Assembly (NCBI GenBank): GCA_050014195.1
Contig: JBEKDT010000012.1
Coordinates: 32,001 to 96,000, forward strand
DNA: 64,000 bases
Direction of reading: 5' to 3'
Source of the DNA: Desulfomonilia bacterium
Lineage (GTDB): Bacteria; Desulfobacterota; Desulfomonilia; UBA1062
Part shown: positions 19,993 through 29,527 of the stretch, in pieces
Layout of the letters: every line of letters starts with the position of its first letter
Position numbering within the stretch: the first letter of the stretch is position 1
The notes under the pieces: model-generated
Database searches by the model: none
The model's input: only the letters and a program-made list of their open reading frames with translations
Told to the model about the DNA's origin: nothing
Made by a program: the position numbers and the translations under genes

Positions 19993-20722
19993 GCAGTGCC
20001 CTTTTTGTTTTCTCCATGAGCCTATCCCTCATGCCCTTAAGCCCGTCGGCCTCGTCACAGACATCTTGATAAGCACAGCTCCGGCATTCGAAATCCATCT
20101 CCGAGGCCATCTTGTTCATGGCAGCGATGATCTTCTCTGCAGGGGCTGTGATCTCCTTGATCCTGCTCACATCATGGGTACTGGAAGTGAAGAAGATCAC
20201 CTCGACGGCTTTCACATAGGGCAAACCTTTGAACAGGCACATGAGGGCCGAGCCTAGGACCTGTGCGGAAAATCCCTGCAGGAGAACATCGCGGCCGATC
20301 CTGCACCACTCCCTCATGTACTGGGACACAGCCCTCATCATGAACCCCTTGAGGTCAAGGTCGTATCTCAGGAAATCCATTTCCTTATGCCTGTCATAGG
20401 CATTGTCTTCACTAAAGCCTCCCACCCCGGCCAGGACTACTTTGCCGAAGGGGAGGCTGTCGCCCATACTCTCCGGGAAATCAGGGCCCACCAGGGTTAT
20501 CCTGCCATCTGCAATGCTTGAGAGGTTCTCTGTCCACAGCAGGCAGGACACGGACTCCCTTTCCGGGCTGCCCAGCTCGAGCCCCATGTGCTCTTTCAGG
20601 ACGATGTTCATGCCGTGGCCGCCCGGCCATGGTTTTTTATCATCAGCAGGCCAGGACCTTTTGTGAGGCTGCTCATCGAGAAATGAATGCAGTGTGGTTA
20701 TTATTTTTTCAAAGAGTTCCAT
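19985..20722 (-). CDS. Truncated acetyl-CoA synthase (AcsB/CdhC) middle-domain-like protein with C-terminal CxxCx5C
   Basis: DGRITLVGPDFPE..LPFGKVVLAG..GFMMRA..W.R resembles the ACS middle domain; ends CRSCAYQDVCDE. Confidence 0.6.
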   Translation of the reverse strand: MELFEKIITTLHSFLDEQPHKRSWPADDKKPWPGGHGMNIVLKEHMGLELGSPERESVSCLLWTENLSSIADGRITLVGPDFPESMGDSLPFGKVVLAGVGGFSEDNAYDRHKEMDFLRYDLDLKGFMMRAVSQYMREWCRIGRDVLLQGFSAQVLGSALMCLFKGLPYVKAVEVIFFTSSTHDVSRIKEITAPAEKIIAAMNKMASEMDFECRSCAYQDVCDEADGLKGMRDRLMEKTKRALHG

Positions 20723-20725
20723 ATC

Positions 20726-21529
20726 TCATGCCGTCCGTATCTTACCGTTACCGTCTGCAGCCTGGCGGGCGATGAGTGCCGCGCCCAGGGCGCCGATGAT
20801 CTGCGGGTCGGTTGTCATCTTCCTGAGCTTCACGCCGAGGGCCTCCTCAAGGGCCGCGAACATGCCGGAGTTTTTCGCCACCCCTCCGGTCATGGTGATC
20901 TCGCTGTCCAACTCTATGCCCCTGGCCAGCGCCGCCACCCGGTGGGCTAGAGACTTGTGCAGACCGCTGACGATCTCCGGCAGTTCCTTGCCCGCATTGA
21001 TCAGTGAGATGATCTCGGTTTCTGCAAAGACCACGCACTGGTTTGATATGGACAACGGGGCTTTCGCCCGGGAGGAGATCTGCCCCATGTCTTCGAGGGC
21101 AATGCCCATGGCCCCGGCCATGACCTCCAGGAACCTGCCGGTGCCGGACGCGCACCGGTCGTTGTAGGCGAAGCGGATGATATTGCCTGCATCGTCCAGC
21201 CTGATGGCCTTGGCATCCTGGCCGCCGATGTCGATCACCATGTGCACCTCAGGCATGAGCCACTGGGCGCCTTTACCATGGCATATGATCTCGGATTCCA
21301 CAGAATCGGCAAATGGAACGGAGTTCCTGCCGTAGCCCGTGCCCACGCAGTATGCGATGTCTTTCATTGAAAGCCCTGCCTTCTCGAGGGCCTTATCCAT
21401 CACCTCCCGGGCCGACTCCTCGGGCTCGGGTTTTGCGAATATTACATGCGAGGCAAGCACATCGCCTTTCTTCATGATGAGGGCCTTGGCACTCAATGAC
21501 CCGACATCGCATCCCGCAATAAACATCAC
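20726..21529 (-). CDS. Acyl-CoA dehydratase/aryl-CoA reductase activase (ASKHA ATPase)
   Basis: GCDVGS, GTGYGR, DIGGQD, NDRCASGTGRF, QCVVFAETE. Confidence 0.92.
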   Translation of the reverse strand: MMFIAGCDVGSLSAKALIMKKGDVLASHVIFAKPEPEESAREVMDKALEKAGLSMKDIAYCVGTGYGRNSVPFADSVESEIICHGKGAQWLMPEVHMVIDIGGQDAKAIRLDDAGNIIRFAYNDRCASGTGRFLEVMAGAMGIALEDMGQISSRAKAPLSISNQCVVFAETEIISLINAGKELPEIVSGLHKSLAHRVAALARGIELDSEITMTGGVAKNSGMFAALEEALGVKLRKMTTDPQIIGALGAALIARQAADGNGKIRTA

Positions 21530-22308
21530 TTCCCCCCCATCTTCTCTTTGGCGAACACCGCAGCCCCAAGTGCACCCATGACCTGAGGGTCCAGCTTAAG
21601 CCTGCGCATGGGCACACCCAGCTGTTTTTCCATGGCCCCCACAACGCCGGCGTTTTTTGCAACACCGCCTGTCATGCACACATCCTTCTCAACACCCACA
21701 GACTTGGCCAGGATCGCGACCCTGGCAGCCATGGCCTGATTGATGCCGGAAGCAAGGTCCGCCTTTGATGTATTCGTGTTCAAATGCATGATAACCTCGG
21801 CCTGGGCCCAGGCCGTGCAAGTGGCGGCTAAGGTGATGGGGTTTCTGGCCTGTTCGGATAGCTTGCCCAGATCCTCCAGCTCAAGACCGAGGAGCTTTGC
21901 CATGACCTCCAGGAATCTTCCCGTGCCAGAGGCGCACTTGTCATTGGTGACGAACCTGACGATGTTCCCTGTCTCGTCGATACGGATGGCCTTGCAGTCC
22001 TGCCCGCCGATATCGATGATGGTCCTCACCGACGGCAGCAGCCAGTGTGCGCCCTTGGCATGGCAGGCAATCTCGGAGACGGCCTTGCCCACAAAGGGTA
22101 TCCGCTCCCTGCCGTAGCCGGTTCCCACGCAGAACCCGATATCATCCATGGTGAGCCCTGCGGTGTTCATCGCCATATCCATAACTTCAGAAGCGGATTT
22201 TTCAGGATTGAAGGATGAACGGATCAGCGCATGGCTGATGACCCTGGTGTTGTTGAGGATGACTGCCTTGGTGGTCAGTGATCCGACGTCACAGCCTGCC
22301 ACGATCAT
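21526..22308 (-). CDS. Acyl-CoA dehydratase/aryl-CoA reductase activase (ASKHA ATPase)
   Basis: Probable start MIVAGCDVGS overlapping the upstream stop; NDKCASGTGRF, TCTAWAQAE. Confidence 0.92.
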   Translation of the reverse strand: MIVAGCDVGSLTTKAVILNNTRVISHALIRSSFNPEKSASEVMDMAMNTAGLTMDDIGFCVGTGYGRERIPFVGKAVSEIACHAKGAHWLLPSVRTIIDIGGQDCKAIRIDETGNIVRFVTNDKCASGTGRFLEVMAKLLGLELEDLGKLSEQARNPITLAATCTAWAQAEVIMHLNTNTSKADLASGINQAMAARVAILAKSVGVEKDVCMTGGVAKNAGVVGAMEKQLGVPMRRLKLDPQVMGALGAAVFAKEKMGGK

Positions 22309-23711
22309 GACATAATCCCCCTTACGTGCATGAACTCGCTGATCTTGTCCACACAGTGCTCCCATGAGGCGACCCTATCGTCGAAGGCATCGGCAAAGAG
22401 CAGCATGGTGGGCAGGCCTTCACGCTCGCAATCGCGCTGGATCAGCTTGTTGGCACCCCAGCTGTTGCGGCACCCCATGCTCCCCACATAGACCAGGAAA
22501 TCGGGCTTCATGATCTTTGACATGAAGAGGAGATCATCCCGCCACATGCCTTTCGCGTCATACGGCCCCCTGAGCTGCTTGACCATGGGCATGCGCGAGT
22601 TGATATCCACAAGCGAGTCGATCATGGTGTCCAGGTTCGTGGTGTCTATGTGGTAGGTCTCGTCTTCGCGGCCCTTTGCATACTCGTGGCCTTCATTCCA
22701 GAAGTTGAATATGAGCGTGGGCAGGAGGCTGATATCCTGGGAGTCAATCCATTCCCAGAACCTGGCATCCGTGGTGTAGTGGTCGATGTAGCACATCAGG
22801 AGCCGTGCCCGTTCCTTTTTCGAGCTCGTGCCTGCATACCCTTGTGCTGCATTTTCACGAACAACCTTGAGCATGGATTCCAGCACTGCGGTGTACGATT
22901 TCCTGCCCGGCATGCTAAGCCTTCCGGCGTAGATGAACAGGGTGAAGATGGGCGGGACAGGGCATGGCTTGAGTCTCATGAGGTCATAGAGTTCGATTGC
23001 GAGCTCGTCCTGGCGCTTCTGCTCTACAAGGAGATCCCGGAGTTTGTCCTCGTTCAGGCGTGAGCCTGACTGCTCCTCGATAAAGGAGATCAGGGCCTTG
23101 TAGTCCTTCCGGTGATACTCGTCGATCCTCTTACCCGTGAGCTTTGCAGGGAAGTTGAGCTGGAACATGGGGAGGTCAAGATATGATGAGAGAAACTGGA
23201 CCGCATTGGCATTCGTGTCGCAGATGCCGGGCGATCCGCAGATGAGAAAATCGGGCTTCTCGGCAAGGCCTGCCAGGTATGCCCCGAACGACCCGCGCTG
23301 GGCCGAGCAGGAGGTCTCGGTAAACCCCACCTCGCAGCAGTAGTCCATGTACTCTGCCGTACCTTTCCTCAGGACAAGGGTCCCGAATACGGTCATGATC
23401 TCGGCCCAGGCAGGCACCACGTTGTCAAAGGCGAAGAACAGGTGTTTCGCCGAGACAAAGGTGCCGAGACACAGCTTCTTCCCCTGAGCATGCGCCGTCA
23501 TGACGTCGGTGAGGTATTCTGCTGCCATCTTCATGAAAAGCACGCCAGGCTCTCCATGCCGTAACATCGCACCCATGACGTTCTTGAAGTTCGGTATGAC
23601 CCCTTTCAGGCTTTCATACTCCTTCTGGGTCCCATCAAGTGCAGTTGCAGCGGCACTGATTGTAGTCCAGAGCATCCAGTCATAATTATACTCGCGCGTT
23701 TCCTTCTTCAT
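22305..23711 (-). CDS. 2-hydroxyacyl-CoA dehydratase family subunit (HgdA/BcrB-like)
   Basis: SCSAQRG, ICDTNAN, MGCRNSW, DAFDDR. Confidence 0.85.
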   Translation of the reverse strand: MKKETREYNYDWMLWTTISAAATALDGTQKEYESLKGVIPNFKNVMGAMLRHGEPGVLFMKMAAEYLTDVMTAHAQGKKLCLGTFVSAKHLFFAFDNVVPAWAEIMTVFGTLVLRKGTAEYMDYCCEVGFTETSCSAQRGSFGAYLAGLAEKPDFLICGSPGICDTNANAVQFLSSYLDLPMFQLNFPAKLTGKRIDEYHRKDYKALISFIEEQSGSRLNEDKLRDLLVEQKRQDELAIELYDLMRLKPCPVPPIFTLFIYAGRLSMPGRKSYTAVLESMLKVVRENAAQGYAGTSSKKERARLLMCYIDHYTTDARFWEWIDSQDISLLPTLIFNFWNEGHEYAKGREDETYHIDTTNLDTMIDSLVDINSRMPMVKQLRGPYDAKGMWRDDLLFMSKIMKPDFLVYVGSMGCRNSWGANKLIQRDCEREGLPTMLLFADAFDDRVASWEHCVDKISEFMHVRGIMS

Positions 23712-23725
23712 AAACTTTTCCCTCC

Positions 23726-23968
23726 TCAGACCCCCGACATACTTAAGTGTGCCCCGGACTTTATCCGCTGTATGTAGAGCTTGGAACGGTCCTTTAAGAC
23801 CGTGAGGTCAGTCTTGCGCACGATGTATTCCAGAGTCATAACCGCTGATGCAGGAAAGAGGGTGAGCGCATCGATGGCCCGCTGCCTCTCGGCAAGCATC
23901 CTTGAGTCATCCAGGGCGATGTCGCGTAACACCTCTATGGCTATTGTTTCTCTATCTATCTGGCACAT
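23726..23968 (-). CDS. Small hypothetical helical (HEAT-like) protein, 80 aa
   Basis: AAGGAGG RBS before MCQIDRETIAIEVLRDIALDD...; fills the gap between the two dehydratase subunits. Confidence 0.65.
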   Translation of the reverse strand: MCQIDRETIAIEVLRDIALDDSRMLAERQRAIDALTLFPASAVMTLEYIVRKTDLTVLKDRSKLYIQRIKSGAHLSMSGV

Positions 23969-23978
23969 TGAAACCTCC

Positions 23979-25112
23979 TTATGAAATTCTCTCCATGAAG
24001 GCATCGAGGCGCATCCTGATCCTGCCTGTCTCCACCAGGGGACCATACTCCCTTTCGATGCGTAAGCATGGGATCCCTGCCGCCTCGAGGTCCCGCTCAA
24101 GCACCCCGTTCTCCGAGCCATGGAGGTCGCAGAAACGCACGTTCTGGAGGATCACGCCGTCCACTGAGGCCTTCTTCACGAGGTCCATGATGTAGGAGCG
24201 CCGGTCCTTGTAGTAGCCGAGCATGCGGGGGCAGACGCTGTTGCTCAGGTAGTGCGATGCAAGGGTATGGATCGGGTCTGCCTTCTCGTCCACCAGGTTT
24301 GCATAGGTGCGCGACCCGAAGCATACGGTGTCTGCCACGACAATGGCTCCGCCATCCTCGATCAGCCTGATGAAATCCACGTCGTCGTTTGCACTCCCGA
24401 TGAGCATGAGACGCTTCTTACGGTCTGATACGGATGGCGACCTCTCCAGGCCTGCAATGATATCTGTGAGCATGGTGCCCCACTCTTCACGCGGTATGGC
24501 ATGGCCGGCAATAAGGATGGCCATGGCATCCGAACCCGTGATGGGCACGTCGTTACGGTATCTGAGCTCGTCGAGTTTCTTCAGGAGCATTCTCCCCTGG
24601 TTGTAGACCTTGATGGATTTCTTCAGGGCCTTGTCCGTAATATCAACCTTGAAATGCCTTTCAAGGGTAGCGATCATGCCCTTGAGCTCTTGGGCGTAAA
24701 ATTCAATACTGTAGTCCACCGACTTGTGGGGCACGGAGAAGAATTCATAGTAACCCGGCAGGGTGCCGGGGTAGTCTTCGCTCGCCTTTCTCCAGCACTC
24801 CTCGAGCCTGCGCATGGAGTCGCAGCCGTTACTGATGATGGCGCCGTCTAAAAACCTGTACGACCCCTGTCCTGCGAGCTGCAGCATGCACTTGGGCAGG
24901 CTGCAGTTCACCGGACCGAAGTATGAGTCGCCGATGGAGACAGACGTGGTTCCTACACCCCGTAATCTGAACGGCAGCAGCCCTGCGGCATGGAGTATCT
25001 CTTCGGGTATGAAGGTGCACGAGTAGCCCACGACCTTGCCCTTGCCCTTCTTCCACTTCTCCACAAATTCGTTGTCCAGGGTGGTTGCAATTTTTTTGAG
25101 TTTTTCTATCAT
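23979..25112 (-). CDS. 2-hydroxyacyl-CoA dehydratase family subunit (HgdB/BcrC-like)
   Basis: VGYSCTFIPEEILHAAG, NCSLPK, GCDSMRR, RFCDLHG, GRIRMRLDAFME. Confidence 0.9.
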   Translation of the reverse strand: MIEKLKKIATTLDNEFVEKWKKGKGKVVGYSCTFIPEEILHAAGLLPFRLRGVGTTSVSIGDSYFGPVNCSLPKCMLQLAGQGSYRFLDGAIISNGCDSMRRLEECWRKASEDYPGTLPGYYEFFSVPHKSVDYSIEFYAQELKGMIATLERHFKVDITDKALKKSIKVYNQGRMLLKKLDELRYRNDVPITGSDAMAILIAGHAIPREEWGTMLTDIIAGLERSPSVSDRKKRLMLIGSANDDVDFIRLIEDGGAIVVADTVCFGSRTYANLVDEKADPIHTLASHYLSNSVCPRMLGYYKDRRSYIMDLVKKASVDGVILQNVRFCDLHGSENGVLERDLEAAGIPCLRIEREYGPLVETGRIRMRLDAFMERIS

Positions 25113-25115
25113 TTC

Positions 25116-26399
25116 CTACCCCCTGCTGCCTGCGGCCAGGGCTGTTTTTAAGGAATCCATGGCCTCCTTGTGTTCCGGACTCGTGTAGCCGTCATCAGGG
25201 CTTATGAGCTCGCTGAAGCCTTTGATGATGAAAGGCATCATTTCAACAGCCAGCGGCTTGATGGCTTCCACAATATCCGGAATCAGCCACCGGGCCGTTT
25301 TCTTGACCTCTTCAGGGCTCACGGAATCCACAACTCCGCTCAAGGCGTTGCTTAGAATGTCCGGTTTGACTTCATGGATCCGGTTGGCGACCCTGCATGC
25401 GGTGTTCACGAGCCCGGCGATCTCGTAGGTGTCAAGGTCCGACATGCCCTCGGATACGGCGGACTTCAGACCGACGGGATCGATCTGTTCTATGACGCCC
25501 AGTCTACGGGTTCTTGCCTTGATGTCCGAGGTCTTCACCAGCCCCATTGATGCCAGGTAGGATAAGGTGATATCTGGGTTGTCGGAGAGCGCATCCGCCA
25601 TAGCATTTGCCATGGCCTCCCTGTCTTCGGCGAATATGATGCGGATCTTTTTTACCAGCTCCGGGTCCATCTCGGGCAAGCAGTCATGGAGCAGGTCCGT
25701 AAGGTAGATCTGGAATAGCGGCTTGCCGCCCTTTCCGAGCAGGAGACTCCCGGTGTGGACCCTCCGGATGACCTCGCGGACGGCATTGATGAGCTTCGCA
25801 GTATCCGTACCGTTGATGCCCTTTACCATAGAGAGCATGATGTCTGCGAGCAGGTCGGGACCTATTTTCTCCTCAATGGGGATCAGGATCTCACGCGAGG
25901 CCTTTATGAAGGTGTTCATGAGCGGGATGATGGTTGCCACCAGGGTCCCGACCTTTGCCGGGTATTTCCAGAGCTGCTCGTTGAAGGCCTCAATAGTCTT
26001 GATGACACATGGCCCTGAACCCTCGACCATCTCCCTGATCTCGCCGAAGTCGGTATATTTAAGGAAGTTATGTATGGTATCCCCTCGCGCCCCGGCATGG
26101 CAAAGCGGGTCATCCGCATGATCGGTATTGATCTTTTTCGCCCATGTGGTCAGGAACCTTCCGACATCAGCCGATATGGCCTTGCCGTTCCAATCCTTAC
26201 CGGGCTGTAACACCTTTGATACTATCCAATTGACAGGGGAGGCGATCTTGCCCCTGAAACGACCTTTTTTTGCCCATTCTTCGATCAATTCCTTGACAAC
26301 CGCAGAGAGAAAGGTCCTCGTGCCGGTTGCCCGGATAGTCTCCGTGATGATCTTTGCCGAGAGCCGGGCAAGTTGGTCTTGATTATCTAAAGTATTCAT
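25116..26399 (-). CDS. Hypothetical alpha-helical protein (paralog of 27146 and 27796 ORFs)
   Basis: 427-aa ORF with RBS, co-directional in the operon; shares a P..N.FIKA..E...I..K..P.LL segment with its neighbours. Confidence 0.8.
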   Translation of the reverse strand: MNTLDNQDQLARLSAKIITETIRATGTRTFLSAVVKELIEEWAKKGRFRGKIASPVNWIVSKVLQPGKDWNGKAISADVGRFLTTWAKKINTDHADDPLCHAGARGDTIHNFLKYTDFGEIREMVEGSGPCVIKTIEAFNEQLWKYPAKVGTLVATIIPLMNTFIKASREILIPIEEKIGPDLLADIMLSMVKGINGTDTAKLINAVREVIRRVHTGSLLLGKGGKPLFQIYLTDLLHDCLPEMDPELVKKIRIIFAEDREAMANAMADALSDNPDITLSYLASMGLVKTSDIKARTRRLGVIEQIDPVGLKSAVSEGMSDLDTYEIAGLVNTACRVANRIHEVKPDILSNALSGVVDSVSPEEVKKTARWLIPDIVEAIKPLAVEMMPFIIKGFSELISPDDGYTSPEHKEAMDSLKTALAAGSRG

Positions 26400-26419
26400 C
26401 CTTAAAACCTCCGCTTCAT

Positions 26420-27067
26420 CTATTTCAGCCCTACAAGTGCCTTTCTGCCTGCTTCGGTGAGGTATGATTCGAACATCAGGTTGCTCATGGAGGTAAGGGT
26501 TTGGATCGCCTCATCCCGGGTAAACTTCTTTTCCATGAGGTAGCTGTGTCCGAGGTACATGGCCATGCCGACCACGGAATAGGCCAGGGTATGGGGATTC
26601 ACCCCTTCAATGACACCGACATTTAGCCAGCTCTGGATATCCTCGGCCAGGTCCTGGGCGAGATCGCTGTAGTAGCTCCACACATTATCATCGAATTCTT
26701 CATCCACACCGAAGCTTCCCCTGAGCAGGATGAGGAACTGCTGCTGGTGGCTGTCAATGTAATCGAAATAGGCGGAGTAGGTCTCGTTCAGCTTTGAGAG
26801 CCTGTCGGTCTGGTCCCAGATATTCACCGGGTTTCTGACCTCCTTGATCCGGGTCCTGAACGTACTGAAATTATGCCTGGTGAGCTGGGCAAAAAGATCA
26901 CGCTTATCCTTGAAATAATTATAGAACGTGCCGGCGGACATGCCCACCGCCTTCACGATATCCATGATCTGGGTGTTGTGGTAGCCGTACTGGCTGAACA
27001 GCTCCTCAGCAGCCTCGATGATCATCTCTCTCATGTATTGCCGCTTTTTTTCAGCAAGTCTTGGCAT
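26420..27067 (-). CDS. TetR/AcrR family regulator
   Basis: AAEELFSQYGYHNTQIMDIVKAVGMSAGTFYNYFKDKRDLF. Confidence 0.92.
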   Translation of the reverse strand: MPRLAEKKRQYMREMIIEAAEELFSQYGYHNTQIMDIVKAVGMSAGTFYNYFKDKRDLFAQLTRHNFSTFRTRIKEVRNPVNIWDQTDRLSKLNETYSAYFDYIDSHQQQFLILLRGSFGVDEEFDDNVWSYYSDLAQDLAEDIQSWLNVGVIEGVNPHTLAYSVVGMAMYLGHSYLMEKKFTRDEAIQTLTSMSNLMFESYLTEAGRKALVGLK

Positions 27068-27089
27068 ATGTAGTATGATCCTTTATGAT

Positions 27090-27148
27090 GCAGGAGCGCC
27101 TTCAGGCGCGGCTAACCATTTTCATATCGCGGCTAAAGCCGCTCCTTA
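27090..27148. repeat. Degenerate GTAG-family REP doublet (REPIN-like)
   Basis: GCAGGAGCGCCTTCAGGCGCG...TCGCGGCTAAAGCCGCTCCT; homologous to 34549-34605. Confidence 0.7.
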
Positions 27149-27796
27149 CATTTTTCCAAATCGTTTCTTTATCCTGTTCCGTACGAGGTTCCATGTCCAC
27201 GAGGTGAGGTGCCAGTTCTGGTCAAGGAATGCCCCGGCAAGGGTATGGGTGGCCTTGCCGACCTCCTCGCCATCAATGTTTCTCAGCACCTGAGTAATGA
27301 ATGTGCTGAAGGCCTGCGGATTGTTTTGGGTTATCGCATTTATTAACCTCGCCAGGCCATTGATGGCCCCTGCCTTGATCTTGGGGCCTGAAGAGAGCAG
27401 GAACCCTGTGGCGGCCTGCCTCAGTTCCGGCGAGGCCTTCCACTGGGAAGCGGCCAGCTCCGCCCATGCCTTTCCGCACTGTCTAAGGGCATCCTTGTCG
27501 ATGTCGTCATACAGGCTTGTAAGGAATGCCTTCAGCATCTCAGGGGGATATTTGTCCTTGAGCTGGACGGCAAACTCGGTGGATGCCTTTACGAGGACGT
27601 TTATAAACATCGGCAGCGAGCTGATAAGGCCGAAAAATACCTCGGGGTCTTCACCCATGAGGGTCTTCACGAAAGAGCTGCCGGTGTGCGGGTCGACTTC
27701 ATTGAGGTTTGTACGGAGGATATCCTTGAACAGGGGTGAGCGAATGATCCCTTTTATGATACCGGAACGGTTGTGAGTTAAGGAATCGCTATGCAT
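27146..27796 (-). CDS. Hypothetical alpha-helical protein (paralogous family)
   Basis: Start MHSDSL overlaps the upstream TAA (TAATG); aligns by eye with the 27796 ORF over about 90 aa. Confidence 0.8.
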   Translation of the reverse strand: MHSDSLTHNRSGIIKGIIRSPLFKDILRTNLNEVDPHTGSSFVKTLMGEDPEVFFGLISSLPMFINVLVKASTEFAVQLKDKYPPEMLKAFLTSLYDDIDKDALRQCGKAWAELAASQWKASPELRQAATGFLLSSGPKIKAGAINGLARLINAITQNNPQAFSTFITQVLRNIDGEEVGKATHTLAGAFLDQNWHLTSWTWNLVRNRIKKRFGKM

Positions 27797-28233
27797 TATA
27801 TGTTCTCCTCCCTCCGTGCAGCCCGGTCTTGAATCACCTGCCATACTGCAATAAATAGCGGCGCCAGATCATTCTTAAGTTCTCTGGCTTCGGCGATGAG
27901 GTCGGCCAGTGTCTCCTTGTCGATCTCATCCAGGAGCGATTCGACGAAACTCGCGAGCAGGGGAGGGGGGAACTTCTCCCGTATCTGGACGATGAGCTCA
28001 TGTCCGGCCTTGATAAAGCAGTTCGCAAGAACAGGCAGAGCCCCTGCCACAGCCAGCGGCACCTCGATGTCCCTGCCCAGCAGTGTACGCACGAGATGCG
28101 GGCTGTTCCCCGGGTCGATACTCTTTAAGAAAAGGCGCAGGCTGTCCTTGAACGCTGTCTTTGCCAGCAGCTCATCCAGAACCCTGCTCTTGGATTCAAT
28201 GAATCCCGTGTTTGTGTTTTCTTCCATGGACAT
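27796..28233 (-). CDS. Hypothetical alpha-helical protein (paralogous family)
   Basis: FKDSLRLFLKSIDP...VRTLLGRDIEV...LPVLANCFIKA...KFPP.LL. Confidence 0.8.
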   Translation of the reverse strand: MSMEENTNTGFIESKSRVLDELLAKTAFKDSLRLFLKSIDPGNSPHLVRTLLGRDIEVPLAVAGALPVLANCFIKAGHELIVQIREKFPPPLLASFVESLLDEIDKETLADLIAEARELKNDLAPLFIAVWQVIQDRAARREENI

Positions 28234-28237
28234 AACC

Positions 28238-29512
28238 TCACAAGGTTTCGCAGTTGAAGAAGTACCGGGCAGCCTCCATCTGGCAGAGCTGCTTGCCGCC
28301 CATCCAGAGTTGGACGATCTTGATGTCGCGCCAGTGCTTCTCGATATCCCATTCTCTGTCCGCCCCGTAGTGACCGAGGATGTCCATGCCCTTGCCGAAG
28401 ATGTCTACGGCCCTGTCCGAGACGAAGTCTTTGATGTTGCGGATCCTGCCCACCACGTCTTCCGAGGTGAGCGGTCTGCCATATGGCTTGTTGCGGCGGT
28501 CGCCGATCATGGCCGCTTCGTGGCCAAGGATACGGCAGATATCTATGTCGCCTGCTATGCGCCCGATGATAGCGGCAATGGCATCATTTTCCTTTAACGG
28601 ACGGTTGTTGTAGGTATGCGTGGACACGAATTCGTAGAGTTTCTCGTACAGGTTCAACATGGCACCGGTGAGGAAGGAGCAGCTCATGACCTGACCGAAG
28701 GAGATGAGCTGGTAGAAGGCTTTGGCATCTTTTCCGGGACCGTGGGCGCGGTACCAACTCGGCACCCGCACGTCTTCGAACCAGATGTCGCCGTTCTTGT
28801 CTGCGGCCATGCCTGCCTTCTCGTAGGCCCCGCCCTGGGTTACGCCCGGCAAATCCGCAGGAACAAAAATGAAGGCAAAATCCATAGGGTCATTTGACCC
28901 GAGTTTTGTCGTGCACGGCACACCGAAGAGCTTGGACACACCGCCCGAGTTGGTGGGCCAGAGCTTGTGGCCGTTCACCACCCACTCATCGCCCTCGAGC
29001 CGGGCCGTGGTGCGGATGGTTTTGCCTCCAAGCAGGCCAAGGTTCTCGATGTCCGCACCCCCCTGGGGTTCGGTCATGGCATTGGCTGCAAACACGGCCT
29101 TCTTTGCGTTGCAGAACATGGGGGCGAATTCCGCGATGAGCCGTTCGTTCACATAGGGCTCCACCATGATCACGAGCAGGGGCCAGAAGGTGACGGCCAG
29201 GGCCACGGCCATACCCGTGTCGGCTCGGCCCAGTTCTTCGCAGAGCATATACCCCACCCGGAAGATATAATCTGAGTTGGCCAAACCCCACCCGCCGTAT
29301 TCCTGGGGGAAGAGGGATTTCTGAAGGCCGAGCTCGACCATGAGCTTGTCGAATGCCGGTTCGATGAGGTGGTGGTCCTTCCAGTCCTCATCGTATCTGC
29401 GACGTTCCGGCATGACCCACTCATCCAGGTGTTTCCTGATCACCCGCCTGAAGTGCTTGTCAAAGGGGGAGATATATTCTTCCGGTCGCGAGAATTCATC
29501 GAAATGTTTCAT
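28238..29512 (-). CDS. Acyl-CoA dehydrogenase family protein (atypical)
   Basis: PQEYGG, EELGRAD, AMTEPQGGAD, NGHKLWPTNSG, FEDVRVP, EKHWRDIK. Confidence 0.9.
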   Translation of the reverse strand: MKHFDEFSRPEEYISPFDKHFRRVIRKHLDEWVMPERRRYDEDWKDHHLIEPAFDKLMVELGLQKSLFPQEYGGWGLANSDYIFRVGYMLCEELGRADTGMAVALAVTFWPLLVIMVEPYVNERLIAEFAPMFCNAKKAVFAANAMTEPQGGADIENLGLLGGKTIRTTARLEGDEWVVNGHKLWPTNSGGVSKLFGVPCTTKLGSNDPMDFAFIFVPADLPGVTQGGAYEKAGMAADKNGDIWFEDVRVPSWYRAHGPGKDAKAFYQLISFGQVMSCSFLTGAMLNLYEKLYEFVSTHTYNNRPLKENDAIAAIIGRIAGDIDICRILGHEAAMIGDRRNKPYGRPLTSEDVVGRIRNIKDFVSDRAVDIFGKGMDILGHYGADREWDIEKHWRDIKIVQLWMGGKQLCQMEAARYFFNCETL

Positions 29513-29527
29513 GGCTAAAATCCCTCC

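Noticed and set aside
19222-20722. A Wood-Ljungdahl (acs/cdh) cluster
   Set aside because: No CODH, CoFeSP, MeTr or full-length ACS with A-cluster ligands is present
16454-25112. Double-cubane cluster protein identity for the dehydratase-family genes
   Set aside because: They occur as alpha/beta-like pairs and I could only place the usual cluster Cys motifs by eye; an HMM search is needed to exclude it fully
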